DNA of 64,000 bases. Origin: Antedon mediterranea (Eukaryota > Animalia > Echinodermata). The DNA lies in the NCBI RefSeq assembly GCF_964355755.1, contig NC_092675.1:19316912-19380911 (forward strand). The letters are read 5' to 3'. This document shows positions 14,663-27,300 of this stretch, in pieces. Below the pieces are notes generated by a model, which saw nothing but the letters and a program-made list of their open reading frames with translations, was not told the origin of the DNA and did not search any database. Positions within the stretch are counted from its first letter, which is position 1. Each line of letters starts with the position of its first letter. Made by a program: the position numbers and the translations under genes.

Positions 14663-15760
14663 CAGATGCTATCAAGACACTATCATGCGCCTTGAATTTA
14701 TAGAAGCGCAAGATCATGGATGCTATCAAGACACTATCATGCGCCTTGACTTTATAGAAGCGTAGGATTGTGGATGCTATCAAGACACTATCATGCACCT
14801 TGACTTTATAGAAGCACAGGATTGTGGATGCTATCAAGACACTACCATGCGCCTTGACATTATAGAAGCGCAGGATTGTGGATGCTATCAAGACACTATC
14901 ATGTAAGACTTTATAGAAGCACAGGATTGTGGATGCTATCAAGACACTATCATGCACCTTGACTTTATAGAAGCACAGGATTGTGGATGCTAGGATAGTG
15001 TCTTGATAGTATCAAGACACTATCCTGCACCTTGACTTTATAGAAGCGCAGGATTGTGGATGCTATCAAGACACTACCGTGTAAGACTTTATAGAAGCAC
15101 AGGATCGTGGATGCTATCAAGACACTACCGTGTAAGACTTTATAGAAGCACAGGATCGTGGATGCTATCAAGACACTACCATATAAGACTTTATAGAAGC
15201 ACAGGATTGTGGATGCTATCAAGACACTATCATGCACCTTGACTTTATAGAAGCGCAGGATTGTGGATGCTATCAAGACATTACCGTGTAAGACTTTATA
15301 GAAGCACAGGATCGTGGATGCTATCAAGACACTACCATATAAGACTTTATAGAAGCACAGGATCGTGGATGCTATCAAGACACTATCATGCGCCTTGACA
15401 TTATAGAAGCGCAGGATTGTGGATGCTAACAAGACATGTACCATGCAACACTTTATAGAAGCGCAGGATTGTGGATGCTAACAAGACATGTACCATGCAA
15501 CACTTTATAGAAGCGCAAGATTGTGGATGCTAACAAGACATGTGTACCATGCACCTTGACTTTATAGAAGCGCAGGATTGTGGATGCTATCAAGACACTA
15601 CCATGCAACACTTTATAGAAGCGCAGGATTGTGGATGCTAACAAGACATGTACCATGCACCTTGACTTTATAGAAGCGCAGAATTGTGGATGCTATCAAG
15701 ACACTACCATGCAAGACTTTATAGATATTTACAGGATTGTGATGCTATTAAGTCACTATC
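14663..15760. repeat. Minisatellite, ~20 copies of 54-bp and 51-bp unit variants
   Basis: Unit GATGCTATCAAGACACTATCATGCGCCTTGACTTTATAGAAGCGCAGGATTGTG (54 bp) plus a 51-bp variant. It explains the repetitive ORFs at 14655-15656. Confidence 0.95.
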
Positions 15761-18700
15761 ACACCAAAAATATGAGAAAAATAAACAGATAAAGGTGACT
15801 AGTTGCTATGAAAAGATGTATATTTAATGTCAATATTAATATGGCCATTTGGTGGCTGTGGATCAGTGGCACAAAGCAAGCCTAAAATGCTGAAACAAAA
15901 CATTCAATACAGCTTGAAGCAAAATATAAAATAAGAACTGATTATCTACAACAACTACTGTACATTGCAATGATACAAGATTTATAGCATAACATAAAAA
16001 TTCTACAAAGTTGTATCTTACAATAACAATTCTCAAATAGCCTTGTAAACCATAATACACATAACATTCCATAACATTATAAACTATCCTTCATAAAATT
16101 TATGTTTTCTCCTGGCATTATGGAATACTGTACACATACATTTGAAGAATGTTAACTGGACAATTTGATAAAATAAAAACAAATGGTACAGTATGTATAG
16201 TATTATAAAACAAGTAACATACAGTAGAATAGGATGCTCTCACATTATTGGGATGGTTTTGCATAATTGTATAAGATCGAATAGGGTTGTATTTTCCATC
16301 CCTGTCTTCAGAGAAAGGATTTTTTAGCTTATTCAAATATTTCATATGTCAAACATTGTATCAAGTTCTTTTAAAGTTTGTATAAAAATGCAAAAAATTT
16401 TGGATCGCAACATCAATATTTACCTTCCTTAAAAGATATTTATATTGAATACAATTTCTCAATTTTGTCATCAATCATCTTGTATAAGGGCAGAATTTAT
16501 AAACCAAGTCATATATGACTGTCGTTTATGACTCGGAGGCAATACGTTTTCATCAATAAGTAAAGTAATGGAAACATTTACACTCTAGTCTGGCCTACTT
16601 GAAATTTCAAGTGGAAAATTCACTAGTGGTAACACAATCTCACAAGCAATTCTTCAGTTTATGTCGCCAAGCATAATATTATCTGACGGAACATGTGTCT
16701 CTCTAGTTTATCTTGAAATACAAATTTTGTAATGCATACATTTCATTAAAAAAAAAAAATATATATATATATAAACAAATAAAAGCTTTATATTGTACAG
16801 CAATTAAAAATATGGTTACATTTTAATGGCCCTGTAATAAGTCATGGTTCACATAATTAATCTGAATTTATTAATAATATTGTACTAAGTGCATTCAATT
16901 CAAAGGAAGTATTTAGAAATTGATATGCCGCAATAGAGTACAATAATCAATTATTAAACTTTCGTCATAATTGGTTTGATTTTGAGGCTACTAATGTTTG
17001 GAAGTCTTTATTGTGTTATTGTTTGTTAAGCAAACTACTTATTCGTATTATCTATAATAACATTTCCCATTTATTATATAGGTTAAAATTTTTCTCCCTG
17101 TCAGCAAGGTCAAACATAAAGATTGAATAATTTTCTTGTTAATAGACCTCCAAGAAAACTAAACACTGTTATCCAAGTAAAGGCTGCTGTTATGTGAACA
17201 CAAGTTGCCATATCCAGCCATGCATGCCGTGAAGGAGGATAATTAACAAGCCAATAGGTGGCCTTTTTACTTGCATAGCCTCCACGTAAAATGAGTACGC
17301 TCTTTAGCTGTCGTGCAACACTCGACCGATGACTGTAAGGGTCCCTTATGGAACTGTAATGATTTAACAATCACAGCAAGTGTTAATAATAATACACATA
17401 CTTAAAAACAGCAAGTGTCTATGCTTCTTGTGTGTACTGTTTGTTTACACACTTAAACAATTTATCTACCAAAAGGAGGTTCCTTCCAAACAGTAGGATA
17501 CTCCACTATAGTGTCATTTATTTTTAGCCTGAAAGGTCTTTATACTAATTTAACTGCCAAGTTGCAGTTAAAAATCAATTTTGTAATTTTTGTTTTCTAC
17601 AAAACTTATTTTGAATATAATTTTAAACCAATTAGCATTTGGAAGGATATGTTTTAAGTCTAAAATACTCTAAAAATATTGCTACTATAGGCTACATACT
17701 ATTGTTAATTTATTACAAATATTATTATTACAGTATACTATTCTGCCTACACTACAGTAATGTATAAATCGATTTAATTCAAAAAAAAAAAAAAATGGGA
17801 TGTGTTTTTCATGTATACACGCTCCAGAAATTGGTGTAATTACGAACGGGAAATTGCACTGGCTTTGTTATTGACCTGATTGTAGAATGTTACATTTCAA
17901 GTTCAATTTTTATTTAAAATAAATACTTGAATTAATGTGAAATACTAATTATAGAGATGTGTACTTTTTTTAGAAGGTTAAAGGTGGATAAAATAAATGT
18001 TCTAATCACTTTAAAAAAAAGGATATCAAAATGAATCTATATCACATAAATTGCTACTGTACTTTAAATTACACAATACAATGAATGTACTTTACTGACC
18101 TAAATAATGGATAATTCAAGTTTACAAATTACAAACCAAAATAATGAAATCAATATGTAACATGTGCGTTTCCTGGCTGGTCCCTCGCTGGGAACATTCA
18201 GCCAAGGTCTACACAAAGATTTATCATCAGGGTTCCACTAGCTCCCACTATAACCATCACACCAGACTACCAACAACAGATTAATGATAATTAAATTATA
18301 ACAACTTTTTTTACCCCAAGGACAGTGCCCTTAGAATGATATACTGTTGGTTTATATATAGTGTTTCATAATGTCATGATAAATTAAGCCAACTACAATT
18401 CTATTTTGTGTTTTTTATGTACAGTATTTGTTCATCAGAAGTTCTCTTTTCAGAAGAATATTATTTCTGCTTTGATGTTTTACCTATTAGATTATAGTGA
18501 AATTAGAATTATCTATATATTAATTATGAACACTTTGGGGCATTTATTCAAAATGCTGATCTACCTATTTAATGATAAAATTACCACATAAAAACAATTC
18601 AAAATACTTTACTTTCTTCATACTTTCTTCATATATAAATAATAATCATATAGAGTTTTTTCATACAGATCTATCGAAAATAAAAATTATATACGGTGCA

Positions 18701-21330
18701 GTAATCAGAAATATAAGAGAATTGTAAAATTCACCATCAGATAGTGTTTCCAAAATTTAATTGCTAAGTTTTACTCTCTTTGACATCCTCAAGTAGAGAA
18801 TGGATGCAACATAAAATGTTCTCATAAAATACGTTTCATACAGTGCATAGTACTAGACACTGAAGCAAGATTTCTTCAGTAATAACAGTTTTTTCTTTTA
18901 AATTATTACCAATAAAATTTACAGTTTATGTGTTATGCAGTTAGAATTAGAATAGAATCAAAATCATCTTTTATTTGTCCTTTCGGAAATTACATTGTAC
19001 AGTGTTGGCAACAATCATACTGTATAAAATATGTAGGCCTAGATAGTTAAAGAAGTAAGAATAAATTCAATTCAACTTTTAAAAAAGGAGAAAACCTACA
19101 AGTTTATACAATAGTTCTACTGTAACAGTGTAATACTATACAGTACACTATTGATAAAGGACAATTTTACGGAAAAAATAATATTTTTTTTGTACTGTAT
19201 CTGTAAGTTTATAGCCTTTATTGGTTAACAAAAAGATAATTGTAACTAATTTGTTGATCCATTTGCTCTTCTGACAAATTGCAGCAGACAGACTGTAGCC
19301 CTATCATCTGCATCAGATTGTTATGTACTTTAGCTAATTTAATGCAAACAACATTCACAGTTTGGTATTTTAATTTAATGAGATCACATCTTTTAAATGT
19401 AGTCATATCAAGGCTGAGACACTAATAATTTATAAGAATGTTTGGATTTCTATAGGCATTTCTGATGTTTTGCCAAGTGATAAAAAAAAGTTCAATTCCC
19501 AATATGGACAAACGGTGTTTATTGCAAATGTACTACTATACTACTGTATAAAAAATTATTTCTAGACACTTCAAAATTAAACATTATTTCAATTCTGTAG
19601 GACGGGTCCATTGCCTGATAGGGATGCTCTGCTTCTCTTCTTTTTTTTGTAAATAAGGAGGTAGAAGGCTATTGTTATCTAGGTATTGTAAGCTAGGCAT
19701 GAAATATACTACAGGTACTGTAAATATTTATAACTATTTTCAAACAGTTTTAACAGAAAACAATGTATTTTTATTAGTTTGTAGATATTGAATGTACCAC
19801 TGACTGGAGATGTACTGTACAGTAGTTGTGCAACTGTAGTAAATTTATATTTTATCTTTAATTTAACTGTAATTCATTTTTCTTCTTTTCTCTCTCTCCA
19901 GAAATAAGAACGTACTTTAAAAGTCAGAAAGTGGAAACCATTAGATTTCCATTGAATTAATTTCATTGCTAGAGAAGAAAAATTAATAACACTCTTGACA
20001 ACATTTGAAGTCAATTGGGATTCTGATCTCGATTTTTAACATGTTGGGCAGACTATATTGGTAATGCTTGGCCAAGCATAAGACAGATTAGGCAAATATG
20101 CATATCCTAATACAGCATTTCTACAACATAGGTAGATAATAACATATGGTGCTTGCAAACAAATTGCACCACAATTAACAAATGTTTTATATATATCCTC
20201 TTGAAATAAATGACGTATATTTTAATACATCTAAAATTATATGTCACAGTTTCTGTTGGTTTACCCAGGTAAGCTAAAATGAAACATATACCTTGATGTA
20301 AAAATATACCTTTACTATTATTAGTAGATAATCGATGTCACATGTCTTAATATAACATGGTTTACTATAGCAATTTAAATTGCATAATATAAAAAATGTC
20401 TTACAGTATAAGGCTATACGCATTTATATAATAATTCATTATATTTTCTTATACCAAGAATACTGTACCTACACCTGTTTAAGTAAGATACTATGTAGTT
20501 GAACTGCCGAAATTGATCAGTTCAGATAGGGTCACCAGTCAGTTAATGGCTTCAAAAGTTTAACAAATTCAAAACAGTAGACAATAAATATGGCCTAGGG
20601 GCTAGTTATTATATCAATGGTTTAAGAGGATGCTCGAATAAGCTTTTGGTTTTAGGTGAAAGGTTTGAGTATCTGCCGTCGTGACAGAATTGTTCTGAAG
20701 CATACAGCCATCAAATGCTGGATATAGTTACAGATTTGATGTACAGCATAAAAGAGAATTTTTGTTTTTACACCTCTTATCAGCTTATTTATTGATTATA
20801 TAGTCTGATCACTGAGATAAAAAAACAGTTATGTGCAGACAAATATTAGTATTCACAAAATAAATGAAAAATTAATTAGTTCATTAGTGTTCATCAAGAA
20901 TGAATTAAATAAAAAAATATTTTCAAACTTCTTTTTAAATATTCTCAAAATAAGTGTTCTCAATCTCATGTATTCACCAATCACACAATACACAAGCAAA
21001 CATTTTTCCCCGAATAAGTATTTAAAAGTAAGTTTCACTTAAAGGCAAACAATATTTAAGAATCTTGTTAATAAATCTTTACTTCTATTCAATCAGACAG
21101 ATAGAAGATATTTTATTTTAAGGGTGTTACTAAGCCTAATAAGTGTAAAATACAATATTTTAGTTACTGGTGGGACCCTCAACCTACACTCCCCTTCAAT
21201 ACAATCGTTCCAGATTATAATACTGTATATATAACTATTACTATATATGATTATCATGTGTAGGCCTATGTTGTTTTTAAATTCTATTTAAAAAAAGTTT
21301 AAATAGGCCTAAATATTAAAATAATCTTAC

Positions 21331-21391
21331 CTGCTTCTTCTGCTCCACAAACGATAAAACTTGCTAATAAGAGATACAATAATTTTTCCAT
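21331..21391 (-). CDS. First coding exon (signal peptide) of a secreted or type-I membrane protein; the rest of the gene lies toward or beyond the window start
   Basis: ATG at 21391 gives MEKLLYLLLASFIVCGAEEA(G): charged n-region, hydrophobic core, small residues at the likely cleavage site. It is followed by a strong phase-1 donor CAG|GTAAGA. An upstream acceptor (tttttttccag| at 21669) would define an exon 21668-21331 with 5'UTR. Confidence 0.65.
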
Positions 21392-24300
21392 GATAAATAA
21401 ATCGTTTTCGTAAATTTTTTAAACGAATCACATCGGATTTAGTGATTCACTGTGTAGATCATACCCCAGTATCAAAGCGGGCACAATGTCTGGTTGTTAC
21501 CACAAACTTGCAGAAAGTATGCTACTGATACTGACTGAGTGCTAGCTAGGACGTGGTGGTGGTGCTATTGCTTCCTTTTTATAATTAATAGATGTAAACT
21601 GTTTGCACTCCGAGGAAGATAAATATCACAATTGTTCTCTCATGAGCTTCAAGAACCACTTATCAGATCTGGAAAAAAATAAATGTTAAACTGTAGAATA
21701 TTCCGAGTCGTAATTTACACAGCATCAACACTCGGCACTAGCTTCCACCACGGCATACAGCAAATGTTTATAAAAACCGGAGAGCGTTCAAGCACGAGCA
21801 ATTCGTTGGCCGAAACCATTTTCAAAAGGGTAAATATATCGTAAGTGTTGTTATTTCAACTGATTTTTTTATCCTTTAAAAGCGTTAAAAATTCACTTTA
21901 AATAATATTTTTAGATAAATAATTGATCAAGTATGATTTGTGATATTTATATAGTCATTTAAGTAAAATAGTAATATTATACGATTTACCTTAAGTACTT
22001 AATACATTAGACGTATCCTGATTAGCACAAACTAACCAACACACGCACACCAAAAGAAACAAGATTTATTTTTAGAATATTATTTCATTATTCAATTTAA
22101 GGTAAGAAGATTTTTTCTAAAAGTTTGTAATACGGGTAATAGGTAGGCTACATTTCGGATGTTAGTTTAAGATACCTCCATGATTTAAGAAGATACGACG
22201 GCAACATCATCCATGACATAAAAGAGTTTGCAGAGTCCTACTGAGTAACACGTGACTATCAAGAGAAATGGAAAGTGAATATGTTTCCATTTCATTTGTA
22301 TAAAAAACAACCACGATGGCCATTCCGCGGGCTTAAATCACATATCATTCACCACAAATATAATGATAGGAGACATCTAAAATGAATTTCGTAAAAAGAT
22401 GTTTTAATAAATTGAAATTCGTACTCGTTGAGAACGTGCGATGGATTTTTCGTCCTTTCACAATCCTGGATACACGACCACCACCACTGACTTGGAGATA
22501 CAAAATAAATTCTAGGCTACTTTATTTTCATAAATGTACCTTCCCTTGTTCGTTTTAATAACGTGATAAACAGAATTTGTATTAGGCATATTGGAATTAA
22601 TAATCAAACAATTTAATCTGTTTCTAAACCACAAACAAGCTACAGTTTATACAAACATGGACAAATGAAAACACAGCAACAGAACAGTAAACAGTTACAG
22701 GTAGATAAGTAGGCCTACCGTAATGTGGTTTTATTTGAATGACGGTTTGAACTAGGCCTACTGTGTTGTTACTGACGGTACTGTCACACTAGGGAAGAGT
22801 AACATTACATAATACAGTACTGTACTATCATTATCCAGGCCCGGACTTTTGTTTATGAAGTATTTCCTGATATGTATGTTCAGAGGTATTTCAGATACCG
22901 TCCGAAAAAATTAAAAAACATTTGTTTACTAATGAATAGACTAAGTGTAAACCAGAGGCACTTATATTAACATGATTCTAAACAGATCAATACAAACAAA
23001 CCTATAAATCAAAATGATTACAACGATCAAATTGAAATTTGTATCTATTATTTTAAGAGCGAATTATGTTTACTCTTAACTAATTCCTCCATGCAGTAAT
23101 AACAATAATACAATCTTTTATTGTGACTATTGTATTTTAACATAAGAATATCCATTTCCTATTGTGAAAATTACAATACATAATAGCAATTATGTGAAGT
23201 ACGGTAGGCCTGTAAGAATTCAATGAGCCGTTAATTGTAATTATGTCACTAATATAATATCAGACTAATTAACTAACAGTAAGTGAATCACAACAACAGG
23301 AACTGCACTGGGAGTCTGAATGGTAGAACATGCCTACGTGATATTTTCATCAAGTAGAACATCTCAATATGAATGGTTTACTGTAAACGATTATGTTTTT
23401 GTGAAACCATAAATGCCCGCTCGTGAACTCAAAATCTTAGTGCTATTACTGACAATATTCGTCCCTAGAAAGCGTTTTCATAAAATGCAATGTGTTATGC
23501 GATGATGTCATGAGTAGAGGTTCAATAGGCAGCATTATCGTGCTACATTTGAAGCACGAGAAACAAGATATAGACGTGGAAAATGACAGTATCATAAGCT
23601 TACAAAAGGCGTCTAGCTAACTGTTTTAACTGTTTCGTTAAACCGCTTAAGACTTTATAAAAGCTGGATTAAGTCTTCGGCGTTTAGACTAAAAACAAAA
23701 AATAACGAGTATCTTCACAACAGCTATTTGACGAATATTTTATGGATCATCAGCTGTTTAAAAGCGTTCTTGTATGTGAAGTTTCTCCATCTCCATCAAT
23801 GTATAAGAGTCGTTTATCAGAGTAGTGTACTAGTAGTTGACATTGTTTTTGATATTATTTACCCTGAATGAAAATGAAGGTTTATTGAACTTGGCCTTCT
23901 GTTTAACATTATTTGTTTTTTTAATTGTTGATTAATCAGTTTGCTGGCCCCGCGAGCGATGTCCTCTTATGCAAGAGTTCGATCGATGAATGTGGAATTG
24001 GATGATCTTTTATTTCTCTATTTTCACAATTTAAAGTATACCATTACCATTCGTCAGAATGTTCATCTGGTTACTGTCATCAATGTATTCTTGACAAACG
24101 GAAAATGTTTCCATTATCTGGCTCGTATACCGAATGAAGAATGTCCGTGAACATGTTACAAATGAATGAAATCATAATGGCTTATTATACTATTGATTAG
24201 ATATATTGTTGGACAGCATCCATGTCAAGAAGGACATCCTTCCATCAACAATAATACATGGTAACAATGAATATTATAAAGGAGGCCTAATAATAAGTTG

Positions 24301-27300
24301 TAATTGGTCAGCCAAATATGAACCATATATTATGTTCACAAATTATTATTATTTCCTGTCTTCTTTCATCTAAAATTAATTTGACCTTATTATATAATAA
24401 GATTATAAATGTATACCGTATCTCACTAAATCATATTGAATAATTCTTTGTCTTACGAAAAACAACGAAAAAAGACACAGAAAAATTAAAGAACCCATGC
24501 ATAATTTAATGCAAGGTCATTTTATAACAAGTGATGAAAGAAAAGATTGTTGTCTAAAATGATGAGATTTATTAATATTCTTTTACTTCCTTGTTTAAAA
24601 TTTATGTTTACGGTTTACATACAATTCCATTGTCTCAATGTGTGGACAAAGGGATATAAATAAATATGTCGTATAGGCCTACCACAAATACTGGTTAAGG
24701 GGCCTGCATATTTCATTTTAAACGGGTAAATACATAAGTCAACCTACTTTCGAATTAGAGATAGTATAGGCGGCATATAGTTTCTCTTTCTTCCTACAAT
24801 TTTGAACCCGCAAATTTGAGTTTAGTGTCTTGACTTGACAGTGTATTGTTAACCATCATCATTAATAAAATCACCAAAGTCATTTTAAGAGAGCAAAATA
24901 CTATAGTAGGCCTATATTGCTTGTTGGACAATAATAAACTTAGCACGAACTTTTGCGTTTAACTGTGATTGCCATTTATGGTAATTTATATACTAGCCGT
25001 CTTTTTGGACGCATTATTGACCGCAAAAGTAAAGTAATTATCTATTGGTCTGGAATTGTAACAGTTGAAAATGTCTAGAAGACTTGACGCCTGGAAAGTG
25101 TGGGTTCAAATCGACAGTGACAATTGGTGCTTGGTCAACTGAAACCACAAGTTAGTGTCCTACACGGAATCTCTACACCATATCGGTGTGTCGGGAATAC
25201 AAGAGGGTCGACAGAGATAACCACAAGATATTGTACGAATTCAGGGAGTGTCGACAGAGAAATATAGAGTATTTACCAAAAAAATGCTAAATGAATAAAG
25301 CTTGAATGAAAATTTGCAGCCACGAACTTGTGTTACAGAAAGTAAAATATAACTCAGACGTTAGAATGACATTTTTTGACAACCGATTCATCGACATCTA
25401 CAAGCTGAAGGTCTGTACACCAGCAGTGCCATCTTTTAAAAGAAGGCTGAGGACCTTTCCCTAGGAATAAAAGATCAAGCTATCAAGTAATCAACAGGGA
25501 GTTGTAAAATACAACTCCCTGGTATCAAGTAAGACTAAAGATAACAAATTTCTCCATAATATTTCTGTACTATCCAGTAGGCCTACCGTACATCAGTGAC
25601 AACATGTTCTGAGCAATTCACTAATGATGTATGAGAGTACTACCATGTTTAAGGGAGCAACAGTTTAGCCTATACATTCAAACAATTTGAATTGTTTTTG
25701 AAGAACAATACCATATTTACAGATATTTTTCTTATAATAATATACAGGTGAGCCTATGTTTTGTTGCAAATATGCTTTTCTTTCAATTTAAAGTTTGTTC
25801 ATGTAAAAGTGTATGAAATAGGTGTAGGCATATACCAGTAATTCATCTTTAACTTTAGCTCCAATCCACGTTCAAGTTCAGATCAAAACACCATTATATT
25901 CGCTTCATGATCCGAAAATCATCATTTTATAAATACTTGATAATTATTTTACTGCTGGACTGTAGTTCAATCGGTGCCGCCTTTAGTTACCTATACTGAT
26001 TAGTGGTTTGGGTAATTAAAACCAATGCAAGGTGAATTTCTAGACTACTGGAGACGAAAGATATGAACCCCAAGTTCCAAACAATACAATTACAAGGTTC
26101 CAGACACAGACATTTAAACCGTGCTCCGTATACCATAACATACAAAAATAAATAACGCAAATATCAAGTTGAAACCACCCAAGAAAAATGGTTAATTACC
26201 CTTTATTTGGAATTTTAAACAAACATAATTTGTGCACAATTTAAGTTGGATAAAGTTGAGTTTCATCTAACTAGAAAAAATGCTTATAGAATTTTAATTG
26301 CGCAAGATAAGTTGCACCTCACCATGTAGGCCTTCCGTGTTGTACAATAGTCTCTAAAAACAAGCGTCCATTAAGTTTATTTAATAAGCACATTCGCAAA
26401 GAAAGATACGCCTACATGGATGTTTTCTAACAATTTTACAATCTTTCCCCCTCATTTGTGAGTGAGTAAGGCCTCAGTACACGTGGCTATTTTATTCAAA
26501 TGTACCACACGATGTTCAGACTTCTTTGGGTCTAAAGAATCTATTATCGGTACAGTGCTATCCACAGTGACACAAAAATTTTAATAGGAAAAAAAGTATC
26601 AGAAATAGGCGAAAAAATTCTGAAATGAAGGATGATTGCAACGGAAGAACACGTATTGTATCCATCTGTTGACGTCACTCGTGTTATCACCTCACGATTA
26701 ACTTAGACCGTTCAGCACCGTATTTGCCGTTTAATGCGATATGGGGGAATACTGTTATAACGATTAAATTTCCATTACATATGAAATAATAAAATGTTAG
26801 GTAAACATCTGGATAACATAAGTGACATGAGACACTGTACTGGTTTCTCAGCGTGGGAACACGACTTTTGACCAAAAGTTAACAGGCTACCGTCACAGCT
26901 GCCTCCACGCGTGATAAAGGTTTGAGGACGCACTACCTGACAACCACAGCTAGGCCTACATGATGTGATACTTGTCTATTAATAAATAATATTGATATAG
27001 TAGCAGCATATGTTTTATGAAATGTTAGTCTTGCAAATATGACGTGCTTTTTATGTGACATTTTTCGATATTTTAGAGGACGAATAATGTGTTGATGGTC
27101 TCAAAAGGCTTATTTTATAACCATTTTGTGTCTAGTGGTAAATCCGGCGTTTCACCTGTTGACGACCCCATTTTAATTCATTTCGGAAGAGAAAGATTTT
27201 TTTCGTGGGTACAACTACATATATCGTTACCGACGGCAATTTGTCCCTTCCGGAAGGCGATGCATTTCCAGTATGTACTCTGTATAGGAAACGTGCTGTA

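Noticed and set aside
14655-15656. Repetitive ORFs, or a CRISPR-like array
   Set aside because: Head-to-tail minisatellite with no unique spacers, no cas genes and a eukaryotic context; the ORFs are broken by stops and frameshifts.
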